Positions 52,501 to 61,228 of a stretch of 64,000 bases of DNA are shown here, piece by piece. This DNA is from Patescibacteria group bacterium. Lineage in GTDB: Bacteria > Patescibacteriota > Patescibacteriia > SG8-24 > DYFX01. How positions within the stretch are numbered: position 1 is the first letter of the stretch; every line of letters begins with the position of its first letter. The notes below the pieces were generated by a model. The model ran no database searches. It was not told the origin of the DNA and saw nothing but the letters and a program-made list of their open reading frames with translations. The stretch spans positions 28,129-92,128 of the forward strand of contig JBAZZB010000004.1 of assembly GCA_041659045.1 (NCBI GenBank). The letters run 5' to 3'. The position numbers and the translations under genes were made by a program.

Positions 52501-55401
52501 GGTGCTTCTTGCCGCGCGTATCCGCAGGAGAACGCGCCGTTCCCGTCAAAAGTTGCCGATCCGAATGGCTGGGATTACGAGGCGGCTGAACTCAATGGCG
52601 GTAACCCCGTCCTGATCAGCCCGAGTCCGAGCTTCGCTGGCGCGAATGTCTGTCAGCGCCGTTTGGTGAACGGTGTCGAAGTATCGAGTTGTGAATGCAA
52701 CTACTTGGTCGCGAACTACGGTTCCGATAAGAAATATTTCCCAGCGGGCAGTTCGGATATCCCGAGCGGGTACTGCACTGGCGGCTTGTATGCCGGATAT
52801 GAGTGCGATCCTCTTGCTTCGGGTGCACGTTCACTCAACAATCCTTCCTGCTGCAGCAAGACCGCTGACAGTTCTTCTGGATTGCTTGCGAGCGGTTGCA
52901 ATGACGGCGCGCAGTGTATTCGTGTCAAAAAAGTGGATCGCGTGGTCGGCTATGAGGGTCAGTGTCTTGAGCGCGACATGACGCGCCCGATTAATGGCAC
53001 GTCCGACCAGTACGCGTGTTTGACCTGGCGCCCAGTTGGTCTGATCGGCGGCTCTCGCGACATCTACAACCAGAATCAGTCTGCGGGTTACTTCGCTTCC
53101 GCTGACCGCCGCTTCTACTGCGTTGGTGACCAACCGGCTTGGACGACGCATCTGGACATCAATACGACAGAGGACTTCGACAGCCGTGACAACATTGATG
53201 GCACGCTTGTTGGTCCGTACGACCAGTACACCAATAAGTTCTTTGGCACCGGTAAGGTCACGAATGGTTCATCGTCTGCAACTTGGCGCGCCGATTGTCA
53301 GAAAGCCGGTCCGGGGCAGTGGTGCCAGTGGCCGGGTATTTCTCGAGGTTCGCACGCGCCGCAATTGCGAGGTGACGGAACTGCGGTGAATTGTACGAGT
53401 GATAGCGATTGCTCGACGAACTACTACTGTAACGGGGACGCGACGACGTCTGATCGCAGCTGTGTTGCAGTCGCGGCGACGTATCACATCAATACGGAGG
53501 CCGTTGGTATTCTTGGTTGCTATGAAGTGGCCGACGAAGGTTCGGTCGACATGACCTACATCGACTTCCCATACATCGGCCCTCCGCTCTATCAGCAGCA
53601 GCTGAAGAGCATCTACTTCCAGGTTACTGACGATATCTACGACTACATCGCTCCGTTGCAGCCGGGCGAAATTCAGGTTCCGGATGACGCTACTGGCTCG
53701 ACGTATGATTTGTCGAAGATCGCTACGAACCCACACCAGAACATTATTGGCGACTGCAACGACGAAACTGACGACAACATTGATAATGAGGATAACGACG
53801 GTATCGATTCGGCCCCCGTTTCAGAGGCAGAAGTGGTCAGTTCGGATGCCGCGCGCAGTAAGAGTGTTTTCCACCTGAACGACACGAACAGCTGGAAAGT
53901 CGATCCTTCTGATGGCGAAGGAACTATTCTGCTTGCAGCCGCGTTCGACTCGAACGGTCTTCTGAAAACCATTCGCGTCGCCGCAAGCGATTCGGGCGAT
54001 GAAGGATCCTTCGGTATCAAGAGTATGGGCTTCCAGTTCAAGCCCGGTTGCGAACAGATCGCGCAGGTCGATCAACCTGGCGAGTTTGGCGCGACGGCGG
54101 CTTTCACGGATGTGGTCAATAACTTCCGAACCTTTGGAGGCTTTGGAGGAGAAACTGATATGTCTGGTCAAGCGTGGCAGCATGAATACGCTTGCAAGCC
54201 GTATGGTGCGATCGGTGCGATCTCGCAACCTCCTCCGAATAAACCGTGGACGTATGTTGCGGCGCGTCTCGCGACTGATGCTGAGCAGTGCACGGTGACG
54301 GACTTCACGAGGGGTGCAAATTACTCACTCGATATCCCCGCGGATTTCCTCGACACAGACTCGTTGCGACGACTCTTCCGCAAGGTCTACGCCGTGTGGG
54401 ACTACGTAAAGCTGAACTTCACGGCGGGCGGCAACACGTACACGTCGGTACCAAACCTGGCTGGCGACGCGTACTACAACGAAACGGGCACGGTTGATCC
54501 TACGACGCTCATGAACCGCAATGGTGCGGGAGCAATCTTCGGCAAAGTCTGGTATCCGCCGATCGTGGCTGCCGTCGATACGAGTAACTGCGATTCGAAC
54601 GGACGCTGTAAGATCTCGCGTACCAACGCATTGACGGTCAATGGCAAGTCGCAAGGTCTCTTGCTCGGCGCGGACGGCTCACTCAGCGTAACGGCCAAGT
54701 TCTACGCTTGGGCCTCGCACAACTCGATGCCGATTCTCCAGCGCACGGTGCTCTGGGGCGACTACACTGCGAAAGAACCGCCTGCGAAGGGCTGGTACAA
54801 AAACCAGAAACCGTTCTGCTCGCCGGATATTTCCGACGCGAACGCGGTAGGCGAGTGTTCGACCAACGGTATGACTTGCGATACGGACGCTGATTGTCTC
54901 GGTTCCGGCACGTGTGGCAAGGGTATCGGCAATCACTTCGGCAATACCCCGGGTGCCTGTAACGCGGGTACGTTCCAGTTCGACCATACCTACACCTGCA
55001 CGCTCCGTGATCTGCAAACGATGGCAGCGTGCACGGGTCCTGGCGATGCCGCTGACAACGCGCCGTGCTATCGCGTGCTCGACGGCGCTCCGACCTGCGT
55101 CTACCGACCGAAAGTTCAGGTCGTCGACAACTGGGGTTGGTGCAACTGTACTGGTGATGGTTGCGCGTACACGCTTAGCAACAACGGCGCGTATCGCGAA
55201 GGTTGCTCGTTGACGAACCCTCCGGCAAACGCAAAACCGTGGACCGAGTATGTCGGCGAAATCCGTCTTGCGCCTCGCGCCCAGGACGCGGCTGCCTTCG
55301 TTCCTGGTGGCGGCGGTCCTGGCGGGGGAGGAGGCGGCGGCTCGTTCGATCCTAGCGTCCTTGAACAGATCTTGAGCGGTGGCGGAATGTTCAGTCTTTG
55401 A
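46534..55401 (+). CDS. giant (2955 aa) secreted Cys-rich surface protein with at least three CBM4/9-like carbohydrate-binding modules and a Gly-rich C-terminus
   Basis: Signal peptide ILVAALIAFFIVAKPAAAQ. Three recurrences of the N-G-S-F-E...W...G-K-S-Y...(F/S)-W-A pattern, at roughly 48430, 49040 and 50440. More than 100 Cys. C-terminal PGGGGPGGGGGGGSF. Confidence 0.7.
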   Translation: MPTRTPTKILVAALIAFFIVAKPAAAQFGIPQVVVDPGANAQLGIANANLAAQTAQGTVQTTDTVKQSAWQVLKTSLTNTAALALLNGANYFAQKVAYDAAVYLASGGSGQKPFFTTEGLGNYLQNTAADAAGEVLGTLTSDPASFGKYGINLCVPKTPQLALNFKIGFLNGLPGILGTGGPTPPTPKCSWDSISTNWDSFVSQDSSEVLDQVGIMFTPGESSLSAAIELNNIALQQIAEKNLESYGDYLANKGFKPVRDFISRDIKTPASTIEKQLDISMEQGWKQGDRTVAITGSAFNNAAFGILPAALQTFAGALSEQLLKKVFTQGLISVSDLMGSNGDQALSFGASPPAGGRASAELANASLLTPKILSITNYNELTDFATCPTSGNTTNHCVIDTQFYNAVSRADQGQAMTVRQAVQQGFLNRGWQLLPLSHRKNLETTCYGEAFCYSNLVKLRLARVLPIGWEMAANSPFNDVNRPVTLGEAMDRFEDCPRDPSGGVDETRLPDPLHPWCHMVDPEWVLKYPSAICRQQAPGPTLLSPQSSARAESCVDVTSCISQDASGNCVGGYGYCVREKGVWKLDADACPAQYSSCTVYNRADGATFAFLANTLDAGPCNLQNAGCRQYSLSTNSVPNGSFEDLLAGQPRDWTLSAGARLHRSGTLSSHGVNAVGVLAGNGASVRIPSLMPGKSYAISAGVVQELEGTSAVGTIRLTFFKADGTPVDTSTLSTTCESENLGRAVSLDIATTVLGYQNGSCTVTTPPGTNSALLEISSSAPAAGNRTWFDALGVFGEGFSTSPYDGIFLNSQATTCSSDDAGCTEFVRVSTGTLNLVRNSGFEEASTATNRALFWNLDPARYNHDTFVGSQGASSVTLSPTPVSQDVYGVLSDASYSFSVATRHSGTGAAPNALATIQLYDTSPTPQAVSPVTVDGCTLSGSSMQLNLAVGNEFQNTTCSFTTPSDIGYARIILTSNSPTEDVLADAVQLELSVGATAYHDGYASSAQHVNLKKAPVGLDCSGDDRSAECSKYAPSCRRDEVGCNAYNPIDGGTAITAVTTSNDACPVACAGYDTFRQEPTQFNESRFPLFLIPKSAEVCTANEAGCTEFTNIEKLAQGGESREYFTYLRLCTKPDDQSGTYYTWEGNDVRGYQLRSWSLRRSNSTSVINDSDPTGGTAPCTKLAYDAAGQPRCADDAASVLAASCTRTDISYNPDCREFYDVDGNIHYRLYSKTILSTDSCREYRITKSSETECRDHGGRWQNNECRYLAYAPESASCAATAKDCRAYSGNASRNVRVIVTNTFEVGTTEGWTAAPGGGSTSDVVNSNEAVSAGGHSLKATRANVTSNVSGQIRKGKSYLLTFWAKGTGDLSAHLSQAGDESFTFNRTTSTESPVNLTTEWRPYQIGPVEAINAPETTEQLIFERLGGGAPLFFLDNIELREITDDVYLIEESWETPLVCDQTPSGASSPQYMLGCRAYKDRSNTQSTFKSFEKLCRPEAVGCEALYDTRNSASPFAQTFRAVCTIAASCVPGSGLTCPCAVDGATVCQVTRGETSCRYDINDDVPASRVSPTGDTVRVSPDGVEYLVNDLRYRCDSDAIGCTAMGDKHMNSARDAVDTWSTVYLRNVPSDYARTLCNAPEQYCQAYTKKADASPVFFKDPEARICEFRDGAAAGSRGWFKKGTSDPCDPTYLESGDRYGIWKNSDAAYDGWAGVCSPQHDMCKEFIDPVATSSSFPNGTPYYAIFNDRLDTKTCQNRVSLNESPSGANAASACVLFWQTDNLTKIYSATATYALSDSQRGALVAPQPGGALSDSNTIIRVQRDRQCGEWLDCRSRRTVFNASTGQYQNVCTSYSLCAEFERIGNTTRCVRYVESSYSGTTLTPDIYSARTVGSKGMDYSGLAIPNRYPVDELVTVNVGASVTKPDLRLVYVGGTCNGAYGTFCGPADDQGSCLGPAGSRLCVHPIDGGRLITSEAQLNQPQIVSGYPGASCRAYPQENAPFPSKVADPNGWDYEAAELNGGNPVLISPSPSFAGANVCQRRLVNGVEVSSCECNYLVANYGSDKKYFPAGSSDIPSGYCTGGLYAGYECDPLASGARSLNNPSCCSKTADSSSGLLASGCNDGAQCIRVKKVDRVVGYEGQCLERDMTRPINGTSDQYACLTWRPVGLIGGSRDIYNQNQSAGYFASADRRFYCVGDQPAWTTHLDINTTEDFDSRDNIDGTLVGPYDQYTNKFFGTGKVTNGSSSATWRADCQKAGPGQWCQWPGISRGSHAPQLRGDGTAVNCTSDSDCSTNYYCNGDATTSDRSCVAVAATYHINTEAVGILGCYEVADEGSVDMTYIDFPYIGPPLYQQQLKSIYFQVTDDIYDYIAPLQPGEIQVPDDATGSTYDLSKIATNPHQNIIGDCNDETDDNIDNEDNDGIDSAPVSEAEVVSSDAARSKSVFHLNDTNSWKVDPSDGEGTILLAAAFDSNGLLKTIRVAASDSGDEGSFGIKSMGFQFKPGCEQIAQVDQPGEFGATAAFTDVVNNFRTFGGFGGETDMSGQAWQHEYACKPYGAIGAISQPPPNKPWTYVAARLATDAEQCTVTDFTRGANYSLDIPADFLDTDSLRRLFRKVYAVWDYVKLNFTAGGNTYTSVPNLAGDAYYNETGTVDPTTLMNRNGAGAIFGKVWYPPIVAAVDTSNCDSNGRCKISRTNALTVNGKSQGLLLGADGSLSVTAKFYAWASHNSMPILQRTVLWGDYTAKEPPAKGWYKNQKPFCSPDISDANAVGECSTNGMTCDTDADCLGSGTCGKGIGNHFGNTPGACNAGTFQFDHTYTCTLRDLQTMAACTGPGDAADNAPCYRVLDGAPTCVYRPKVQVVDNWGWCNCTGDGCAYTLSNNGAYREGCSLTNPPANAKPWTEYVGEIRLAPRAQDAAAFVPGGGGPGGGGGGGSFDPSVLEQILSGGGMFSL

Positions 55402-55405
55402 TTCT

Positions 55406-58288
55406 ATGAATTTTTTCCAGCGCCTTCACGTCAAACTTAACCTCCTCTTCTCCGGGAAGAGGAGGATTTGGCGTCTGATGGCGCTCGGTGCATTGGCTGT
55501 CGTTGGCTTCGCGCTCCCTGGTGTTGTACAAGCGGCTGGCTGTGGCTTGAGCAGTCCTGAAATCTGTATCGCGACGATCTTCGTCTGGATCTTCCAGAGA
55601 CTCACGGCGCTCATGGGGTTCATTTTGATCATGGAGGTGGACGCGTTGATCCGTGTGGCGGGGTACTTCAACTTCGTCTCACCGGGTCCGACGGCTGTCC
55701 GTATTGGTTGGGTCGTGACGCGCGACTTGGCGAACATGTTCTTCATCGTGTTCCTCATGATCATCGCCTTCAGCACGGTCATCGGGTACTCCAAGTACCA
55801 CTATGAGCAGACGTTGAAGAAACTTCTGATCATGGCGGTTATCATCAACTTTTCGAAGACGATCGTTGGTTTGATGATCGATATCAGCCAGGTGGTGATG
55901 CTCTCGTTCGTGAACGGTTTCCGTGCTGCGGCGGCGGGTAACTTCATGAACGCATTCCAAATCAATAAGCTGCTCGCGCTTGGCGACGGTCCAGCCGAGT
56001 ACAATTTCGGTTTGGTGCTCGCCATGATGCTGGCCTTCATTTTGGCCGCCATCGCCGCGTGCGTCGTGCTCGTCATGCTCGTCATGCTCGTTTTCCGCGT
56101 CATCATGCTGTGGGTACTGATCATTCTCTCTCCCATCGCGTTTTTGACAGCGGCATTTCCTTTGAGCGGCGGCTACTACGCGCAATGGTGGGGCGAACTC
56201 AAAAAATACCTTATCGGCGGTCCTGTTGTCGCTTTCTTCTTGTGGTTGGCGCTGGCAACGGCGCAACAAACGGCGGGAAACCTTTCGTCTCCGCAAGAAG
56301 GCTGGGGCGTGCAATCGGCGGCCTCTGCTCAGGAAGTCGAAGGCCAAGCCACAAAGTCGCAAATCCCAAGCGAAGCCGGACGCACCGACACGATTCTCAG
56401 CATGGTGATTGTTTGCTGCATCATGTTCGCGGGTTTGAAGTTCGCGGCTGATCCGGCCATCAGCGGCTTGGCATCAGGCTTCGCTGGTAAGGTGAAAGGA
56501 AAAGCTGTTTCCGCATTGCGCGCTGGTACCGTTGGCGTTGCCGGGTATGGTTTGAAGCGCGCCGCGGAGCCTGTGATGACGACCGTCGGCAAGGGATTGG
56601 CGCGCGTGCCGCTGGTTGGTGCCGCGGGCCGCTACATGGCGCTGAAGGGAGAGGGGATGAAGAAGGCGCGTCTTGCTGGGCGTGAGAAGATGTTTGGCGG
56701 CGCGGAAGATATGGCGCGTCTCAGCCCCGGAGCCTTTACGAGGAAACTTGGCGGCTTGAAAGACCCTAGGGAGATCGACAAGTACATGAAGATCGCGAGC
56801 GCGAATCCTGATTTGATGGCGAGTCTCGCCCCAAAGGAATCAATTAATCCGCTGACAGGCAAGCGAGAGATAAAGGGTGTTGGCCGTGATGTGATGAAGC
56901 AATGGGCTTCGAGCGACAGCCCAGCTGCCGCGAAGTTCATGATGGGCGACGCGCGTTCGAAAGCTTGGTTGAAGAATGATCCGGAGCTTCTCAAGCAGAC
57001 GTATGACGGTCTGAAAGATACGGCCGAGAAGGATCCGAATCGCAAAAAAGATCTTAGTGAGTTCGAGCAGAAAATGGCTGTTCCGTTGCAGAAGAACGGC
57101 ATGTTCGGAAATATCCCGTCTGTTGTCAAAGAAAAACTCGCAGGACTTGTTCCGAAGATGTCCGCTGATGACTTTAAGGATGTCGCGGGCTCTGACATGG
57201 GCACGTTCATGGAGCACATGACGGGCAAACAGTTCCGGGAAATGGCCGTGGACGGAAAGACCGACCAGCAACTCGGCATGTCTTCTGAGCTGGCCAAAAT
57301 GCCGAAGGACAAGGCCCTCGAATTCATGCGTGAACGCGGTTTGAACGCCACCGAAGTTCCTGATTCTTGGTATTCCAACGAGCACGTTGCGGATTACGTC
57401 TTGGCCTCCACGTCCGGCAAGGCTGAAGCACGCGGCAAAATCATGGCAGATGAGACGCGTGCGAAAGCGCTGCAAGATGCTGCGAAGCGCGGACTGTCCG
57501 GCCCGAACGCACCGACTGACGATAACAAGCGCGCGGCCGCGGCTGTGCAGGCGATGTCGGTTGGGGCTCTTAAGGTCAGCGACCTGGATGTTGGTGATGC
57601 CAGCGGCAAGACGCTTCGAGACGTGCTTAGCCGTAGTGGAGACACGGCAGCGATCGCTCGCAATATCGACAAGGACGATCCTGATCAGTTGGCTGTCGGA
57701 CGCGAAATCTTCAAGACGATCATGGGTCAAGATCCGACTCGTGCTCGCAACTTGAGCAAGAATGATCTCTATAACAAGCTCCTGCCTTCAAAAGCAGAAA
57801 TTGACGCCGCTGTCACGGCCGCCGCTGCCGCGCAAGCGGCTGGAGTAGCCCAAGTCAAAACGACTGAAAGGGAAGTTGAACGTAGGGGATTGGCGGGAGA
57901 TGCGGTGAACGTGAAGGCCGACCTTTCTGGACAACTGAAGGCGTTGCAAGACGCGATTCATGAGGATCGCCTGGCTGGACGTCCTACGGCTACAAAAGAA
58001 CAGCAGGCAGATCAGGTCGCGAAAGCGATGCAGGACCTCACGCGCGCGACAGAACAGCGTGCGAACGCTGAACAAGAATTGGCGCAGGAGATGCAGAGGC
58101 TTTCCGTTGCCAGCTCTACTGGCGGTGATGCGGCAGCGATTCAAAGCGCCGTCGACCGCTTGAAGAAAGGTATTCAAGACCTGGATTCAACGTTGGCCAA
58201 GCAGGTCGCGACAATTAAAGGTATTAAGTTCGATGAAGGTGGTGGCGGCGGTCGCAAGAACCGCGGCGGCGGGGGAGGACGCGTATGA
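55406..58288 (+). CDS. VirB6/TrbL-like polytopic membrane protein with roughly 550-aa hydrophilic coiled-coil C-terminal extension
   Basis: Signal-like N-terminus, then 6 or more TM helices with the Gly/Ala-rich VirB6/TrbL pattern (MLAFILAAIAACVVLVMLVML, SPIAFLTAAFPL). Long Ala/Lys/Glu-rich tail ending GGGGGRKNRGGGGGRV. Confidence 0.6.
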   Translation: MNFFQRLHVKLNLLFSGKRRIWRLMALGALAVVGFALPGVVQAAGCGLSSPEICIATIFVWIFQRLTALMGFILIMEVDALIRVAGYFNFVSPGPTAVRIGWVVTRDLANMFFIVFLMIIAFSTVIGYSKYHYEQTLKKLLIMAVIINFSKTIVGLMIDISQVVMLSFVNGFRAAAAGNFMNAFQINKLLALGDGPAEYNFGLVLAMMLAFILAAIAACVVLVMLVMLVFRVIMLWVLIILSPIAFLTAAFPLSGGYYAQWWGELKKYLIGGPVVAFFLWLALATAQQTAGNLSSPQEGWGVQSAASAQEVEGQATKSQIPSEAGRTDTILSMVIVCCIMFAGLKFAADPAISGLASGFAGKVKGKAVSALRAGTVGVAGYGLKRAAEPVMTTVGKGLARVPLVGAAGRYMALKGEGMKKARLAGREKMFGGAEDMARLSPGAFTRKLGGLKDPREIDKYMKIASANPDLMASLAPKESINPLTGKREIKGVGRDVMKQWASSDSPAAAKFMMGDARSKAWLKNDPELLKQTYDGLKDTAEKDPNRKKDLSEFEQKMAVPLQKNGMFGNIPSVVKEKLAGLVPKMSADDFKDVAGSDMGTFMEHMTGKQFREMAVDGKTDQQLGMSSELAKMPKDKALEFMRERGLNATEVPDSWYSNEHVADYVLASTSGKAEARGKIMADETRAKALQDAAKRGLSGPNAPTDDNKRAAAAVQAMSVGALKVSDLDVGDASGKTLRDVLSRSGDTAAIARNIDKDDPDQLAVGREIFKTIMGQDPTRARNLSKNDLYNKLLPSKAEIDAAVTAAAAAQAAGVAQVKTTEREVERRGLAGDAVNVKADLSGQLKALQDAIHEDRLAGRPTATKEQQADQVAKAMQDLTRATEQRANAEQELAQEMQRLSVASSTGGDAAAIQSAVDRLKKGIQDLDSTLAKQVATIKGIKFDEGGGGGRKNRGGGGGRV

Positions 58289-60036
58289 TCGCCACTGACG
58301 TCCTGCAGCGGAAAATCGATGCGCTGCCGGAGCCGGTACTCGACTACCTGTATTCGGAGCGCGCTGGCGAACTCAACTTGCAGGTGATTGAGAAGCATCA
58401 GCTGACGGAGAAGCAGGAGGAGACGTATTTTCAGATCCTGCGCGAGCTGTTCGTCAAAGATTTGCCGCTTGAACGCTTGATCATCGAGCTCAAAGAGCGG
58501 CTCGAGCTTGATGATACGAAAGCGAAAGCACTCGCGATTGATATCGCTGGGTTTCGCTTGTTGCCGCTCGACAAGTGGCTTGCGGATATCAGCACGTTTT
58601 TGCGAGCGCTTGGTGCTGACCCGAAAACATTCCCAAATCTGCGCGTTGCGATCGCGCGCCGCACGGTTGATGAGGCGGCTGCGGAGATCGCGACGTCCGT
58701 GGCCTCGACGCCGGACGACCACTTGCACAACAGATTAGAGAACGTCGTTGAATCGGTGTTGGCTGGTGTACGCACCGAAGCGCAAGCGGCGGATGTGTTG
58801 ACGCGCCCGGAAAAAATTGGCGGCGTCGGTCTTGAACCGAAAGAAGCCGAGCGCGTTCTTGAAGAAATTCGCGAAGAATCGCGCAGTGTCATTTTGGATC
58901 AAAGTGTTCCGGAAGTTGAAAAAAAAGAAGAAGAAGCGCCAGTCGCCGCGGTTTCCGCTCCCGTCAAAGCGAAAGACGAAGGTCTTACGCTGACGCCAGA
59001 GGACGCAGTTGAACTCGCTCAATTCAAAAAAACCGCACCATCAAAAGATATTGATACGATGGTGCAGGAGATTTATTTTGCCTCCGGCCTCGCGACAGAA
59101 GACGAAGCGATGGCGAAACGCGTCAAAACGGTTATTGGCAACCGCTTGCGCGATGTGCGCGATCAAATGGAAACGCTCGAGATCATGACCCAGCCGAAGG
59201 AGCTGGGTGGCTTGAGCATGAGTCAAGACTCAGCGCGCGCTTTGCTCAACACGATTCAATCGCGGTTGCGAAAAACGGATGCGGTCGCGCAGGCCAAGGT
59301 GCAGACGGAAAAAGCGAAATGGGTTGAAACCGAGCGCGTGCAAAAGGCGCAGAACGAAACGCAAACCAACGTCGATCAAAAGACGGAGCTTGAGCGTTTG
59401 TATCAGAGCATTGTCACGAAATCGAAGAAGGCGACGGCTAACGCGCCTACGCAGCCAACTGTCGTGGCGCCGGTACTCGATACCAAATCTGCCGCTCCGG
59501 CTAATCTTCCGATTTCTGCAGCGAGCCCTGTTCCACCCGACTTCAGAGCACCCGCTTCTCCGCCTGAGCCGCCAGCTCCCGTGGTCGCGCGTCCGCCGCT
59601 TCCACCCCCCGCCACAATAGTGAAACCGACCCCGGCTGTCCCAACCGCCCCGACTTTTAGTGCGACGAGCTTTGCTCAGCGACCCAAGCTTGAAGACGTT
59701 AAAGCTGCGCCAAAGTTGACGGGGCCTGTCGAAGAGCTGCGTGCGATCACAATCGTCGATTTCCGTCGCCTTTCCAAGGATCCGAAGGAAGCGTGCATGA
59801 AGATCAAGGATAAAATTGATCTTCTGGGCGATCAGTCCTATACCCGCCGTAGCGAAGGGATTTCCGCGTGGACCACGTCGGAAGTAACGCGTACGTACCT
59901 TGAATTGATGCGCGAAAGCTTAAACGGCACGCCTCTCCCCGAGGCAATTTCAGCCCGAGAAGCCGCTAAAAAACCGGTGCTGACGGCTGATGAGTTCCGA
60001 GCCGTGGCCGAGCTGAGCCGTCAGATGCGGTATTAA
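58285..60036 (+). CDS. soluble Pro-rich hypothetical protein of T4SS-like operon
   Basis: 583 aa, no TM. Central PPDFRAPASPPEPPAPVVARPPLPPP. It overlaps the upstream stop (ATGA). Confidence 0.55.
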   Translation: MIATDVLQRKIDALPEPVLDYLYSERAGELNLQVIEKHQLTEKQEETYFQILRELFVKDLPLERLIIELKERLELDDTKAKALAIDIAGFRLLPLDKWLADISTFLRALGADPKTFPNLRVAIARRTVDEAAAEIATSVASTPDDHLHNRLENVVESVLAGVRTEAQAADVLTRPEKIGGVGLEPKEAERVLEEIREESRSVILDQSVPEVEKKEEEAPVAAVSAPVKAKDEGLTLTPEDAVELAQFKKTAPSKDIDTMVQEIYFASGLATEDEAMAKRVKTVIGNRLRDVRDQMETLEIMTQPKELGGLSMSQDSARALLNTIQSRLRKTDAVAQAKVQTEKAKWVETERVQKAQNETQTNVDQKTELERLYQSIVTKSKKATANAPTQPTVVAPVLDTKSAAPANLPISAASPVPPDFRAPASPPEPPAPVVARPPLPPPATIVKPTPAVPTAPTFSATSFAQRPKLEDVKAAPKLTGPVEELRAITIVDFRRLSKDPKEACMKIKDKIDLLGDQSYTRRSEGISAWTTSEVTRTYLELMRESLNGTPLPEAISAREAAKKPVLTADEFRAVAELSRQMRY

Positions 60037-60072
60037 GGGGCGGTGCTAGGCAAACTGTGGTAAAATAAAGCC

Positions 60073-60501
60073 ATGTCCCAGTTCGTCGTTCCGCAATTCA
60101 TCGACGTCGAGGATAAGATCCTCGGCCCTATCACGACGCGCCAATTCGCCATCTTGATGGTCGATGGCCTCGTGATGTTTATCTTGTACAAGCTGCTCAG
60201 CTTGCCGTTCGCAATCTTGTTTGATGTGTTGCTGCTGACGTCGGGTATTGTCTTGGCCTTCGTACGCATTAACGGTCAGCCGTTCCACTATTTCCTGCTG
60301 AACGTCTTTCAAACGTGGAAGCGCCCTCATGTGCGCGTGTGGAACAAGGAAATGAGCGACGCGGAAATTATCGCGTTGTCCAAAGTCGAATTGCCGCCCC
60401 CACCCGTCGCCAAGCCGTATAAGGAAGCGCTGACGACGTCGCGTCTTTCCGAATTGGCCCTGATCGTGAACACGGGAGGCGTCTACAAACCCGAGGATTG
60501 A
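60073..60501 (+). CDS. PrgI-family (VirB3-like) small membrane protein
   Basis: MSQFVVPQFIDVEDKILGPITTRQFAILMVDGLVMFILY matches the PrgI/VirB3 N-terminal motif. Two TM helices. Confidence 0.65.
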   Translation: MSQFVVPQFIDVEDKILGPITTRQFAILMVDGLVMFILYKLLSLPFAILFDVLLLTSGIVLAFVRINGQPFHYFLLNVFQTWKRPHVRVWNKEMSDAEIIALSKVELPPPPVAKPYKEALTTSRLSELALIVNTGGVYKPED

Positions 60502-60520
60502 CCGTCTTCCAGGAGGATCT

Positions 60521-61225
60521 ATGGCGCAGAAACAAGAACAACTGATGCAGAGTAAAAAACTCGCGGGTGGCAAGCCAGCCAACTCCACCCAGCGGTTTTT
60601 GGACGTCGCCGAAATCCGCGAAGACGTCGTCGTCATGAAGGACGGCACGATGCGCGTCGTGCTTCTCGTTTCAAGCCTGAACTTCTCTTTGAAATCAGAA
60701 GACGAACAGGAGGCGATTATTCAGGGATACATTTCGTTCCTGAATTCGCTCGACGCGCCGATCCAAATTCAAATCCAATCGCGCAAACTGAACGTCGACG
60801 ACTATTTGAACCGACTCAAGGAGCAGGAGAAGACACAAACCAACGAATTGCTGCGCTCCCAGATCAACGACTACCGACAGTTCGTCAAAGAGCTGGTCGA
60901 GCTCGGCGAGATCATGCAAAAAAAGTTTTTCGTGATCGTGCCGTACAATCCGGCGTCTTCGAAGCGCAAGGGGTTCTTCTCTCGCATGTCGGAAGTCCTG
61001 ACGCCGCTCGTTTCGGCGCGTTTGCGCGAAGAGCAGTTCCGCCAGCGCAAGAAGGACGTCATGGTGAAGGTCGATTCAGTCCGGGCCGGCCTCAACTCGA
61101 TGGGGCTGACCAGCGTCATGCTTGATACGCAAGGGCTGATCGAGCTGTACTACACCGCCTACAATCCGCAATCGATGGAGACGCAGAAGCTCGAAAAAAT
61201 GGACGCGTTACGCGTCGAAGCCTGA
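60521..61225 (+). CDS. VirB4-type ATPase, N-terminal domain (CagE_TrbE_VirB-like), terminated by in-frame TGA
   Basis: TQRFLDVAEIREDVVVMKDGTMRVVLLVSSLNFSLKSEDEQEAIIQGYISFL matches the conserved N-terminus of Gram-positive-type VirB4 (PrgJ/TcpF-like). Same reading frame as the next ORF. Confidence 0.65.
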   Translation: MAQKQEQLMQSKKLAGGKPANSTQRFLDVAEIREDVVVMKDGTMRVVLLVSSLNFSLKSEDEQEAIIQGYISFLNSLDAPIQIQIQSRKLNVDDYLNRLKEQEKTQTNELLRSQINDYRQFVKELVELGEIMQKKFFVIVPYNPASSKRKGFFSRMSEVLTPLVSARLREEQFRQRKKDVMVKVDSVRAGLNSMGLTSVMLDTQGLIELYYTAYNPQSMETQKLEKMDALRVEA

Positions 61226-61228
61226 CCT

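Noticed and set aside
61223-61225. UGA recoding (Gly/Sec) as explanation for the in-frame TGA inside VirB4
   Set aside because: RF2 with its UGA-dependent autoregulatory frameshift is present, many genes terminate with TGA, and no SECIS-like context was noticed. Lesion, coupling or assembly error is more likely.
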